Of a stretch of DNA of 64,000 nt, positions 31,295-41,107 are shown in pieces; the first letter of the stretch is position 1; each line of letters begins with the position of its first letter. The notes under the pieces were generated by a model, which had not been told where the DNA came from, searched no databases, and saw only the letters and a list, made by a program, of their open reading frames with translations. Source of the DNA: Candidatus Dojkabacteria bacterium (GTDB lineage: Bacteria > Patescibacteriota > Dojkabacteria > B142 > OLB20); contig DAOMOX010000002.1 of the NCBI GenBank assembly GCA_035444565.1, positions 8,013 through 72,012 of the forward strand, written 5' to 3'. The position numbers and the translations under genes are program-made.

Positions 31295-31750
31295 TTGATT
31301 CCAATCATTTACGCATCAACTTCTGGCAATGTTGAGGCCACATGCCAAAGAGTTTCAGATCTACTAAATGAAGCAGGTTACGAGACATCACTTCATAGAG
31401 CAGAGAATACAGAATTCCATATCATTCAGAAATCAAACACTATGATTTTCGCAACTTCGACTTGGGAACACGGAGAATTAAACCCTTTTTTTAATAAATT
31501 ATTAAAAGAAATTGAAGCAAATGACCTAACTGGCAAGAAAGCAGCGTTTATAGGTCTTGGTGACACAAGATACGAACAAGTATTATATTGTAAAGGAATT
31601 GATATTGTGAGAGAAGCATTTTTGAAATCAGGGGGAATGGATATCTCATCTCCAATCAAAATTAACGGAGAGCCCTATCAATACTTCAACTCTACGGTAT
31701 TAAACTGGACAAATAAACTAATCGAATCACTAAAAAATGAATCAAATTGA
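31295..31750 (+). CDS. Flavodoxin (short chain)
   Basis: YASTSGNVE FMN loop, TSTWEHGE, IGLGDTRY. Confidence 0.9.
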   Translation: MIPIIYASTSGNVEATCQRVSDLLNEAGYETSLHRAENTEFHIIQKSNTMIFATSTWEHGELNPFFNKLLKEIEANDLTGKKAAFIGLGDTRYEQVLYCKGIDIVREAFLKSGGMDISSPIKINGEPYQYFNSTVLNWTNKLIESLKNESN

Positions 31751-33476
31751 TATTAAAAGATTTTCAATAAAATTCGGAGGTGAATCAGGCCAAGGAATTA
31801 ATTCCCTTGGTGAAATATTAGCTAAGGCACTGAAAAATTCAGGTTATAAAATCTTTGGCTATAGAGAATATCCATCCTTAATTCGTGGCGGATATGCCTC
31901 ATATCAGATTGATGTCGCAAATGATTCGATTAATTCTTCAAGTCAATTTTGTGATATTCTCGTATGTTCAAGCCGTAGATCAATTTATCAATATCTGAGA
32001 GACTTGAGACCCAACGGTCTACTCATTCATACACTCACTGCAGTATCATTCAAAACTGAAGATCAAGAATTTATTTCTCAGAACAACATCCAAGTTAAAT
32101 ATGTAGATGCTTTAACTCTGGCAAAACAGCAAGGTGGTAACGCCTTGATGTCTAATATGATTTTACTTGGTGCATTGTCTGAAATCATTGGTTTAGACTT
32201 AGCTGCTGTTGAACATATTGTAAGCGAGCAGTTTGCAGATAAACCAAAACTTTTGGAAATAGATTTAAAGTGCTTGAAGGTTGGCCATGAATTAAATATT
32301 GCTGATTATCCACTAACTTTCATTAAACACGAAGGATGGCATGAATCCAAAATCATCACAGGAAATCATGCAATAGCACTTGGAGCAATTTCGGCCGGTG
32401 CCAGAGCTTACTACTCATACCCCATGACCCCCGCTTCATCGATTTTGACTTACTTGGCTGAAACATCTCACGAAAGTGGTATGTTAGTAAAACAAGCTGA
32501 GGATGAAATCACTGCAGCACAGATGGCACTTGGTTCTATGCACATAGGAACTAGAGCTTTCACCGGAACTTCAGGAGGTGGGTTTGATTTAATGACAGAA
32601 ACTATTTCATTGGCTGGGATTATAGAAACACCTTTAGTTCTTGTCCTCGCACAACGACCTGGTCCTGCAACAGGACTTCCTACTTGGACATCAGCAGGTG
32701 ACTTAAATCTAGCACTCCATGCAGGACATGGAGAATTCCCTAGAATTGTTTTATCCGCAAGTGACTTTGAGAGCGCATATTCATTAATCCAAAACGCATT
32801 TGATTTAGCCGAGAAGTTCCAGACGCCTGTCATATTGCTCACAGAAAAACAGATTGCAGAAGGTTTATACAATATTAAAGACTTGCCACGAGATTTAGAG
32901 ATTAATAGATATTTAATCTCCGAAGCCGATGTCACAGACAAGACTAATCTAAAGCGATATCAATTCAAAGAGAATGGAATCTCACCAAGATGGCTTCCTG
33001 GTAGTGATTTACCGCAATACAATGCAAATGGAGATGAACATGATGAAATTGGTGATGTCAACGAAGAGGCTCTCAATGCAAAATTAATTGCCGAAAAACG
33101 AATGAAAAAGATGAATTTGATAACACAATCACTACCAGAACCTACACTTTATGGAGACAATGATGCTGATATTACTTTCATAGGCTGGGGAAGTGTTAAG
33201 CCTGTAGTCTATGATGTCAGAAATTTACTCTCACAAAATAATAATGATTTGAAAATTAACTATCTTCACTACGATTACTTGTTCCCATTAAAAACTGAGA
33301 GATTGCTAGAAATACTTAAGACTACAAAAAGACCAGTACTAATTGAAAATAACTATTTAGGTCAACTTGGCAATCTGATTACATCTGAGACTGGATTTAA
33401 GTTTAACGAAAAATTATTAAAATATGATGGTAGGCCTTTCTTTATTGAAGACATATTAAATTTTATTAATTCTTAA
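31737..33476 (+). CDS. korA: 2-oxoacid:acceptor oxidoreductase alpha subunit (gamma-alpha fusion)
   Basis: GGESGQG, EYPSLIRGG, YPMTPAS, QAEDEI, TSGGGF, QRPGPATGLPT, KYDGRPF. Confidence 0.92.
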   Translation: MNQIDIKRFSIKFGGESGQGINSLGEILAKALKNSGYKIFGYREYPSLIRGGYASYQIDVANDSINSSSQFCDILVCSSRRSIYQYLRDLRPNGLLIHTLTAVSFKTEDQEFISQNNIQVKYVDALTLAKQQGGNALMSNMILLGALSEIIGLDLAAVEHIVSEQFADKPKLLEIDLKCLKVGHELNIADYPLTFIKHEGWHESKIITGNHAIALGAISAGARAYYSYPMTPASSILTYLAETSHESGMLVKQAEDEITAAQMALGSMHIGTRAFTGTSGGGFDLMTETISLAGIIETPLVLVLAQRPGPATGLPTWTSAGDLNLALHAGHGEFPRIVLSASDFESAYSLIQNAFDLAEKFQTPVILLTEKQIAEGLYNIKDLPRDLEINRYLISEADVTDKTNLKRYQFKENGISPRWLPGSDLPQYNANGDEHDEIGDVNEEALNAKLIAEKRMKKMNLITQSLPEPTLYGDNDADITFIGWGSVKPVVYDVRNLLSQNNNDLKINYLHYDYLFPLKTERLLEILKTTKRPVLIENNYLGQLGNLITSETGFKFNEKLLKYDGRPFFIEDILNFINS

Positions 33477-33479
33477 CTA

Positions 33480-34388
33480 ATGGGTAGTTTATGCAACACA
33501 TACTTTGAAAATGGGGATGTCTCTCTGAAAGACTATTATTCTGATAATATCTATACCTGGTGCACAAACTGCGGAAATTACGGGATAGCAGCTGCCACAA
33601 AGAGAGCATTGGTTGCAGAAAACATTGTACCGAAAGATACATTTATGTGTTTCGATATTGGTTGTAATGGAAACGGCTCTGACAAAATTGGAGGATATCG
33701 ACTCCATGGACTTCATGGACGTGTAATTCCAGTCGCTACAGGAGCAGCTTTAGCAAATAGAAATATGACTGTTATAGCTTCTGGAGGTGATGGGGCGACT
33801 TTAAGTGAAGGAATTGGACATTTAGTTCACGCAATACGCTCAAACTATAATATTACATTCCTCATGCACAATAATTGCAATTACGGACTCACAACTGGAC
33901 AAGCTTCTGCTTCGACAAGACCTGGAGTACCTATGAACTCATCACCCGATGGTACGACTGCGGACACAATGAACTTTATGAACTTCGTATTAAGTCTAGG
34001 GGCATCATTTGCTGCTAGAACATTTTCTGGTAATGTAAATCAAATGACGGAAGTGATTCGCGCAGGTATAAAACACAAAGGTTTTACAGTAGTCGAGATT
34101 CTTCAAAATTGTCCCACTTATAATAAAGACACAACTCATGAATGGTACCAGGATAGAGTTTACGATACTATTGAGCTTAATGATTTTGATAACACAAACC
34201 TCGACTCAGCATTAAGTATTTCCAGAGATATGTCTGAAAGAATCGCGACTGGCATTTTATATGTAAATCCGAACTCAGTTCCATTTGACCAACGCCTGGA
34301 AAATCGTAAAGGTTATGCAACCGAACTCGTTGACGAAGTGAAAAGTTACAATGGAGTAAGTCAGGAACTTTTCAGTAGATTTATTTAG
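33480..34388 (+). CDS. korB: 2-oxoacid:acceptor oxidoreductase beta subunit (TPP-binding)
   Basis: WCTNCGNYG, IGC, LHGR, GGDG...NN, YGLTTGQAS, QNCPTYN. Confidence 0.92.
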   Translation: MGSLCNTYFENGDVSLKDYYSDNIYTWCTNCGNYGIAAATKRALVAENIVPKDTFMCFDIGCNGNGSDKIGGYRLHGLHGRVIPVATGAALANRNMTVIASGGDGATLSEGIGHLVHAIRSNYNITFLMHNNCNYGLTTGQASASTRPGVPMNSSPDGTTADTMNFMNFVLSLGASFAARTFSGNVNQMTEVIRAGIKHKGFTVVEILQNCPTYNKDTTHEWYQDRVYDTIELNDFDNTNLDSALSISRDMSERIATGILYVNPNSVPFDQRLENRKGYATELVDEVKSYNGVSQELFSRFI

Positions 34389-34394
34389 CCTCAA

Positions 34395-34840
34395 GTCATT
34401 CCGCGTCTCTCCGCGGTTTAACCGCGGAGTCCCGTCTTTCCGTGCTTCAAGCAGGGAATCCCGTTAATTCTCTCAAACGCAATTATTGTGAAAACGGGTT
34501 CCCGTGGTTAAACCACGGGAAGACCTTGGGTTGGCGTTTTCGTGGTTGAACCACGGAATGACCACGGGAAGACTTCGAGTATTTCATTCATCTCAGCGTC
34601 TCTCCGTGGTTTACCCACGGAGTCCCGTCTTACCGTTCTTCATGCAAGGAGTCGCGTTTTTCCCTTCTTCATGCACGGAATCCCGTCAATCTATGCATTA
34701 ACTGATGAGTCCCGTATACTTTCCTTACCGCACCTACAGTAAAATCGAGATTCCGTGGTCAAGCCACGGAATGACCTCGAATATTTCGTTCTCCCCTGCG
34801 TCTCTCCGCTGTCACTCCGTGGTTTAACCACGGAGTCTCA
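34395..34840. repeat. Cluster of GC-rich REP-like palindromes
   Basis: Six CCGYGG-N5-CCRCGG-type hairpins (about 34409, 34500, 34540, 34602, 34751, 34815) plus degenerate copies, some with GTCA/TGAC ends. Confidence 0.85.
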
Positions 34841-34847
34841 TCATTCA

Positions 34848-35843
34848 CTAAGTGCGTAGTACCCCCTCAAAACGTACTTTCATTAAGTTATACCCCCTCC
34901 TATCATTCTCAAACCATGTAATCTGCCTAGAGGCGTAATTTCTATGAGCTTGCTTCATCTTTGTTTTGGCTTCATCGAGAGTTATTTCGCCCTCTAAATA
35001 TTCAACCACTTCTTTGTATCCCATTCCCTGCATCGATTTACATTCTTTAAACCCTTTTCTCAACAGCTCTTTGACTTCCTCTACTAAGCCTTCGTTAAAC
35101 ATTTCCTCAACACGGTTATTGATCCTCTCGTATAAAAAGTCTCTATCAAACTTCGGATAATACATAATATGTGGAATCATTTTATTACTTACTTCCTTAG
35201 AATTCCCCATTTGTGCTAGTTCAATTCTACGAATCAATCTTCGTTTATTAAATCTATCACTCTCATTTAATCCTAATGCGGCTTTAGGTGAGATTTGGTA
35301 TAGATGGTCATATAATTGCTCTACTGAAAACCTTGATAAGTCACCTCTTAATATGTTATCTTTTTCAACTTTTGCTAGTGAGTAGTTTTTTAGAATTGAG
35401 TCAATATAGAGTCCAGTTCCACCAACTAATATTGGGATTTTTCCATCCTCTCTTATTTTATTTATTAACTCTTTTGTTAAGAATTGGAAATCTGCAACTG
35501 AAAAATCCTCATCGGGTTCAATGATATCAAACATGTATCCAACAACACCTGAATTTTCAATCTCATAAGCATTTATTTCGCAAACATTTTTACTTTCACC
35601 CTTTTCAACCTCATTCTCTGAATATTCTTTTATCAATTTATGGTTATTTAACATTTTAATTCCTAAATCTCTGAATCTCTTAACTTCCCCCTTGTTAGTC
35701 CCAATATCCATACCTCTGTATACCTGCATTGAGTCTGCATTGATAATCACTCCATTAATCTTTTTTGCCAAATCAATAGCATACTGAGTCTTTCCACTAG
35801 CAGTTGGTCCCGCCACTACTATTAATTCATCAAAACTGTTCAT
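34848..35843 (-). CDS. miaA: tRNA dimethylallyltransferase
   Basis: GPTASGKT, NADSMQVYRGMDIGTNK, VGGTGLY, GYKE, YASRQITWF. Confidence 0.95.
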   Translation of the reverse strand: MNSFDELIVVAGPTASGKTQYAIDLAKKINGVIINADSMQVYRGMDIGTNKGEVKRFRDLGIKMLNNHKLIKEYSENEVEKGESKNVCEINAYEIENSGVVGYMFDIIEPDEDFSVADFQFLTKELINKIREDGKIPILVGGTGLYIDSILKNYSLAKVEKDNILRGDLSRFSVEQLYDHLYQISPKAALGLNESDRFNKRRLIRRIELAQMGNSKEVSNKMIPHIMYYPKFDRDFLYERINNRVEEMFNEGLVEEVKELLRKGFKECKSMQGMGYKEVVEYLEGEITLDEAKTKMKQAHRNYASRQITWFENDRRGYNLMKVRFEGVLRT

Positions 35844-35885
35844 TGCATCAAATTTACGCTAAATTATATATAAATATTACTGTCC

Positions 35886-36998
35886 ATGAATCACTTCTCG
35901 TATTTTACCATTGCAAATAGCATTTTTGTTCTATTATTCAATCTGATTAATACGTTTGGTATCGCTTATCTTTATAACAGGAGTGGCGGTTCTTACATTT
36001 TCTCGATTGGAATGCTCATCCTGATAAAGTTTCTGTATATAATAATTTTGCCTTTTGGGACTAAATTCATAGGTAGGATTGGTACAAAATATTCGGTTCT
36101 TATTTCAATGTTCCTTTTATTTACTTCGAACTCGGCGCTTATTTTTCTTGATAAGAGTGATATTTTTCTCTATCTATGGATAATCCTATCAGCATTATCG
36201 TATACGTTCTTCTTCCTTCCAATAGCTTTGTTCACAAGTAAATACACTAAAACTGAAACCAGAGGTGTACAGATGGGAAGAATTTATTCTACAGTATTAT
36301 TCGCAACTGCTTTTGCACCTTTGATATCAGGTGAAGTACTAAGTAAGTATTCAATAAATGGTTTCGTAGTTCTTCTCGCCGGATTAATTCTAATATCGAT
36401 ATTTTTCACACTGAGATTAGGAAACATTCATTTTGATTACAATGGAGGGTTGAAGCAATTTAGATTTAACAGATCACTAATAAGAGGTTCTTGGATTGAA
36501 GCCTGTCATTATTCAACTAGGAATTTAAGTGTATTTTGGACTCTTTATATTTTCATTTTTTATGATGAGAATTATGAAAATTTTGGCCTATTGTTAACAG
36601 CTATAACATTGTTCTCTGCCTTTATTAATATATTTGTAGGTAAATATCTAAACCAGCACAATAGAAAAGACATAATTAAAACTCAAATTATTTTCAGCCC
36701 TTTTAGTTGGATATTCCGAATCTTAGCAATGAATCCAATTGGAATCTTCTTTGCTGATGCATTTCATAGTCTAAACGGTTACATTCGAGAATCAGCTGTG
36801 GAGACCACTGCTTTTGATCTTATAAATAGAGATAAACACAAAGAAATTCTTGACGAAAAAATCGTTGTTCGAGAAATAATCATCAACATTAGCATTATTA
36901 TTACACTGCTAGCCGGAATTCTCCTCGCAACATTATTCGGAATTAAATCAAGTTTTATACTAGGGATTATTATTTCTCTAGGGTATCTATTGATTTAG
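35886..36998 (+). CDS. MFS-type membrane transporter
   Basis: About 12 hydrophobic segments; G.KFIGRIG.K loop and RG..MG motif. Confidence 0.7.
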   Translation: MNHFSYFTIANSIFVLLFNLINTFGIAYLYNRSGGSYIFSIGMLILIKFLYIIILPFGTKFIGRIGTKYSVLISMFLLFTSNSALIFLDKSDIFLYLWIILSALSYTFFFLPIALFTSKYTKTETRGVQMGRIYSTVLFATAFAPLISGEVLSKYSINGFVVLLAGLILISIFFTLRLGNIHFDYNGGLKQFRFNRSLIRGSWIEACHYSTRNLSVFWTLYIFIFYDENYENFGLLLTAITLFSAFINIFVGKYLNQHNRKDIIKTQIIFSPFSWIFRILAMNPIGIFFADAFHSLNGYIRESAVETTAFDLINRDKHKEILDEKIVVREIIINISIIITLLAGILLATLFGIKSSFILGIIISLGYLLI

Positions 36999-38351
36999 AC
37001 TTTTCAGTGCTTCTTTCACTACTTCATGCTCGCTCCATGGATACTCAACCTGATCGGCTCCAAATGCAAGACTTTCTTCGTGAGCCTTTCCCGTTAAATA
37101 TACAATATCGCCTTTATCAGCAATTCTTATCGCCAACGAAATCGCATCTTTTCTACTTGTAACATCATCCGCATCGAAAGCAAAGAACGGCGCATAATCC
37201 CCCTTAGCTATTTTAGTTATTTCGGATTTAATATCTTCTAATTTTTCGATTTTATAATTTTCCGAATCTTTAAATCTTTTCGCAAGCTTACCTTTTGATT
37301 GCTCAGCATATTTCAGTATTTCATTGTTAATGTCAAAAAGTTTCTCGTCTCTTGGATCTTCTGCTGTTAAAATAGTTATATCTGAAAGTCTTGCTGATAC
37401 TTCTCCCATCTTTCGCCTTTCTTTGTCCCTCATCCCAGCACAACCGAACACAGTAATTATCTCTTGATCTGTTTTTTTAATCTCTTTTAAACTTTTTAGT
37501 GCGCTTTCGAGAGAATTAGGTGTATGAGCAAAGTCGATGATGACTGTAAAAGGTTCTGTTTGGATTACTTCCATTCGACCCTTTGGGGGGCTAAATGTTT
37601 TAAGATGCTCTGAAATGTTCTCCAAACTAACAAATTCCTTCAACAACAATATTGCTCCAAGAGAATTTTCAAGATTGTATTTTCCAATTATTGGTAATTC
37701 AAATTTTTCTCCAAGAAAATTAAACTTCAATCCTTTCACTGAATACTCAACTTCATCAACCTTACCTTTATCTACCTCTTCAACCTTAATATTTAATTTT
37801 TCTCGTGAAATCTGGTCTTTTAGCCAATTGTATGACTTCTCGTCCTCTTTATTTATAACTAGTGTAGATTTTGGCTTTAATTTCATCACCAACTCAAACT
37901 TTGCTTTTGCATAATTTTCCCAAGTTCCATGATAATCAAGATGATCGCTTTTTATGTTTGTGATAATGCCACCATCGAAGCCAACACCCCAGAGACGGTT
38001 TTGCTGCAGTCCGTTGGACGTGGACTCTAGAACAACATGAGAGACGCCTTCTTCCACCATTTGACGAAGATATTTAGGCACCATCCAAGGATCCGGCGTA
38101 GTTACGTGTAGACCAGTATCTAAATCTTTATCTCCAATTTTCGCCCCTGTAGTTGAGATGTATCCAACATTTAGACCTGAATTCTTCAGAACGTGATACA
38201 ACATCATTGTTGTTGTGGTTTTGCCGTCTGTACCTGTTACGCCTAATACTTTCAAATCTTTCGCGGGAAAGTCGTATTTATAATTTGCGTAAATAGATTG
38301 AAATAGGTGGTAGATGTTTTTAGCTTTTTGAATTGGATGCGTTTGTTGCAT
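36987..38351 (-). CDS. murE: UDP-MurNAc-tripeptide synthetase
   Basis: GVTGTDGKTTT, TTPD, DHLDYH, GRME, DFAHTP, VFGCAG.RD, EDPR, GK.HE. Confidence 0.9.
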   Translation of the reverse strand: MQQTHPIQKAKNIYHLFQSIYANYKYDFPAKDLKVLGVTGTDGKTTTTMMLYHVLKNSGLNVGYISTTGAKIGDKDLDTGLHVTTPDPWMVPKYLRQMVEEGVSHVVLESTSNGLQQNRLWGVGFDGGIITNIKSDHLDYHGTWENYAKAKFELVMKLKPKSTLVINKEDEKSYNWLKDQISREKLNIKVEEVDKGKVDEVEYSVKGLKFNFLGEKFELPIIGKYNLENSLGAILLLKEFVSLENISEHLKTFSPPKGRMEVIQTEPFTVIIDFAHTPNSLESALKSLKEIKKTDQEIITVFGCAGMRDKERRKMGEVSARLSDITILTAEDPRDEKLFDINNEILKYAEQSKGKLAKRFKDSENYKIEKLEDIKSEITKIAKGDYAPFFAFDADDVTSRKDAISLAIRIADKGDIVYLTGKAHEESLAFGADQVEYPWSEHEVVKEALKSLNQ

Positions 38352-38928
38352 TTCGTATACGTTTTTTTTGATTTTTTTGAATAATACTCTCTAGTTTCTT
38401 TCGAGCGCGATGTAATTTTGTTCCTACATTAGTTTCGCTCATATTTAATAAGTCTGCAATTTCTTTATTTGATAACTCTTCAAAAAATTTGTAATAAACC
38501 AAGTATTGTTCTTCCTCTTGTAAATCACGAATAGCGTTATATAACTCAACCTCTTCTTCATCTGCTTCAGCTTCTACATCGACACCAGGTATATTTGATT
38601 CGACGAAATTCACAATATCTTCTAGTGATTTCTCTCCTTTGTGTTTGTCGTTTTTTCGATAGAAGTCGATTATGTGATTTCTGGCGATCTTGAAAATCCA
38701 AGCAGAGACAGTAATACCTTGCCATTGGAAATCAGAAATAGATAATAAAACCTTTTCAAAAATTTCAGATGTAAGATCTTCGGCAGTTGTAACATTTGTA
38801 ACTCTTTTCGTCACAAATGCTAAAACTTTCGAATAATGTGTTTCGTAAATTTTTTCGAAATCCTTTTTACTCAGCTCTTTTTTGGCAAAGAATTTCTTTT
38901 GTCTTTTAATCGATATTAGCTTTTTAAT
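38320..38928 (-). CDS. ECF-type RNA polymerase sigma factor (start codon uncertain, upstream of the GTG at 38814)
   Basis: AEDLTSEIF, AWIFKIARN..IDFYR, S.KEIA.LL..SE.NV..KLHRAR; frame is open upstream to 38937 and encodes DFEKIYETHY. Confidence 0.8.
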   Translation of the reverse strand: MKKLISIKRQKKFFAKKELSKKDFEKIYETHYSKVLAFVTKRVTNVTTAEDLTSEIFEKVLLSISDFQWQGITVSAWIFKIARNHIIDFYRKNDKHKGEKSLEDIVNFVESNIPGVDVEAEADEEEVELYNAIRDLQEEEQYLVYYKFFEELSNKEIADLLNMSETNVGTKLHRARKKLESIIQKNQKKRIRNATNASNSKS

Positions 38929-38962
38929 AGGTTTTTTCTAACAAACGATAATAGGAGAATTA

Positions 38963-39766
38963 TTATACATTAATGGCAGAATTTGAGAGATTTGTTTTGA
39001 TTCGGTTTATCATTGATTTAGGAAAGCTGTATTTAAGAAACGAATAAGCTATTGACTTCAAAGCAAATTGTTCGAGTACTGCTACCGAGAATAATGCACC
39101 CGAGATGTTCTCTGAAATTGAAATCCACATCTTTCTGGGTAGAATAACTTTTTCTTTTTTATACTCAATCTTTAATTTTCCATCGGATAATGATTTAACC
39201 TTCAAATCAGCATTCTTCTGACCATAACTAAAGAAATATTCATCTTCTAGATCGATTTTCGACCGTATTTTTTCAATTAACTTTTCTTTAATGATTATTT
39301 TTCCTTCAGTAGAGTTAATTTGTGTTAATAATCTATTCGTCAGAAGTGAGTTTTCATCATAGTTCAACACTACCAGATAATGAGGGTGTACAAACTTTGA
39401 CCAATAATCTACTGTTGCTTTTTTACTAGTATCAGCATTGATTATCAATCCTTGTGGATTTGACTTGTTTCTAATTAATGCTATTAAGGCTGAAAATAGG
39501 AGGTTAATCCATTCCACACTTGATCTTTGCTTATCTTCATATCCTAAAACGTTTAAGGGGATGGATAAATCCCACCAAATATCTGCGACATTTCTTCTCA
39601 CATTCATCTTTTCTCTTAAAACTGTGTAAAGGATTTCTTTCACAATGTCAGATCCACCGATACCTAGAATGACAATCAGTTTTATTTTATGTTTTCTAAT
39701 CGCCCAACTAGACAATATAGATAAACTCCATTTTAATAATTGTCGAAACATAGAATTCCCTTTCAT
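38963..39766 (-). CDS. Degenerate Mur-ligase (MurF-like) central-domain protein
   Basis: ILGIGGSDIVKEILYTVL and LSIPLNVLG resemble MurF VTGSxGKTxxKE and GVPLTILG; located in the dcw block. Confidence 0.55.
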   Translation of the reverse strand: MKGNSMFRQLLKWSLSILSSWAIRKHKIKLIVILGIGGSDIVKEILYTVLREKMNVRRNVADIWWDLSIPLNVLGYEDKQRSSVEWINLLFSALIALIRNKSNPQGLIINADTSKKATVDYWSKFVHPHYLVVLNYDENSLLTNRLLTQINSTEGKIIIKEKLIEKIRSKIDLEDEYFFSYGQKNADLKVKSLSDGKLKIEYKKEKVILPRKMWISISENISGALFSVAVLEQFALKSIAYSFLKYSFPKSMINRIKTNLSNSAINV

Positions 39767-41053
39767 TTATAAAGCTCTCTCAATTTTAGCACCTAATGAA
39801 GAATAAACCCCAACTAAATCAGGATAACGTCGTAATAGTGAATCACTTCTATCCTCTAAAACTGTCTCACCTTCTGCGCTTAATGATGCAAGAAATAATG
39901 CCATTGTAGCTTGGATAATATTCGGTGCGAATATTTTTGCAGATTTGAAATTAGTTGGTCCAAATGTAAGGACTCTGTTTGGATCTGCCATAACTACTTT
40001 TGCTTTTAATTTCACAAGTTCTTCTATCCAGAACATACCGTATTCTTGGAAACTGTTATGCATAATCATGCTTCCTTTCGCTTTAAGAGCCATCACAATC
40101 ATAATCTGCATAAAATCAATTGGGAGTCCAGGCCAAGGCATTGCAAAAATCTCATAAATGTCACCTCTCACAGTTGTCTCGCATACTAATTTTTGGGTTT
40201 TTCCAACAAATAAGTCGTTTCCTTTTGTATCAACTTGCACCCCAACTTTCTGAAATGCCTGAATCATGTACTGCATGTGTTCTGGAATCGCATCTTTTAT
40301 GGTAATTTCTCCACCTGTGAGGGCTGCTGCTGCAATATATGCACCAATATCTAGATGGTCTGGAATTACTGTCCATTCTGTGCCTTTTAATTTGTCTACA
40401 CCTTCAATAATCAATCTATTTGAACCAATTCCTTCGATTTTTGCGCCCATAGCTACTAACATATTACACAAATCCTGAGTATGTGGTTCTGCAGCAGCGT
40501 TATAGATTTCTGTTACACCTGGAGTCAGAACTGCTAACATCACAAGATTTTCTGTACCTGTCACACTAGGGAACCAAGACCAGATTTTCTTGCCTTTCAA
40601 GTTCTCAGCCTCTATGTAATAACCTTTCTCTCTTTTATATTTCGCTCCCAGCATTACCATATTGTCCATAAATGCATCCAGTGGTCTTGTTCCAAGTTTA
40701 CATCCACCAGGGATAGGCATATGGGCTTTACCAAATCTAAGCAGAAGAGGTGCCATGAACATAACAGAGGCCTTAGCTTTCTGCGAAATATCTGGGTCCA
40801 TCTCGAAGGTATTTACTCCTGAAGCAACAATTTTGATAGATTTTCGATCATTCATAAATGTAACTTTACCTCCAAGTTGCCTCACGAGTTTTAACATCAA
40901 TCGCACATCTGTGCTATTTGGGATATTGTGAATGGTCACTGGTTCGTCTGTTAGTAGAGCAGCAGGTATTAGCTTCAGTATGGAGTTTTTGTTAGGAATT
41001 GGAGTAACTGCTCCATTTAGTGGAGTACCCCCTTTGATTTTATAATACGACAT
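39767..41053 (-). CDS. murA: UDP-GlcNAc 1-carboxyvinyltransferase
   Basis: KNSIL, PGGCKLGTRP, SVTGTEN, NAAAEP, PWPG.P.D. Confidence 0.95.
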   Translation of the reverse strand: MSYYKIKGGTPLNGAVTPIPNKNSILKLIPAALLTDEPVTIHNIPNSTDVRLMLKLVRQLGGKVTFMNDRKSIKIVASGVNTFEMDPDISQKAKASVMFMAPLLLRFGKAHMPIPGGCKLGTRPLDAFMDNMVMLGAKYKREKGYYIEAENLKGKKIWSWFPSVTGTENLVMLAVLTPGVTEIYNAAAEPHTQDLCNMLVAMGAKIEGIGSNRLIIEGVDKLKGTEWTVIPDHLDIGAYIAAAALTGGEITIKDAIPEHMQYMIQAFQKVGVQVDTKGNDLFVGKTQKLVCETTVRGDIYEIFAMPWPGLPIDFMQIMIVMALKAKGSMIMHNSFQEYGMFWIEELVKLKAKVVMADPNRVLTFGPTNFKSAKIFAPNIIQATMALFLASLSAEGETVLEDRSDSLLRRYPDLVGVYSSLGAKIERAL

Positions 41054-41107
41054 TTCTTAAAGTGATAAAGTAAGTAAGAAAATAACGAGTGTTATCTTAA
41101 TATATTA

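Noticed and set aside
34395-34840. CRISPR array, and the ORFs 34504..34701 and 34542..34742
   Set aside because: Repeats are irregularly spaced, in both orientations, lack unique spacers and have no cas genes nearby; the ORFs are by-products of the GC-rich palindromes
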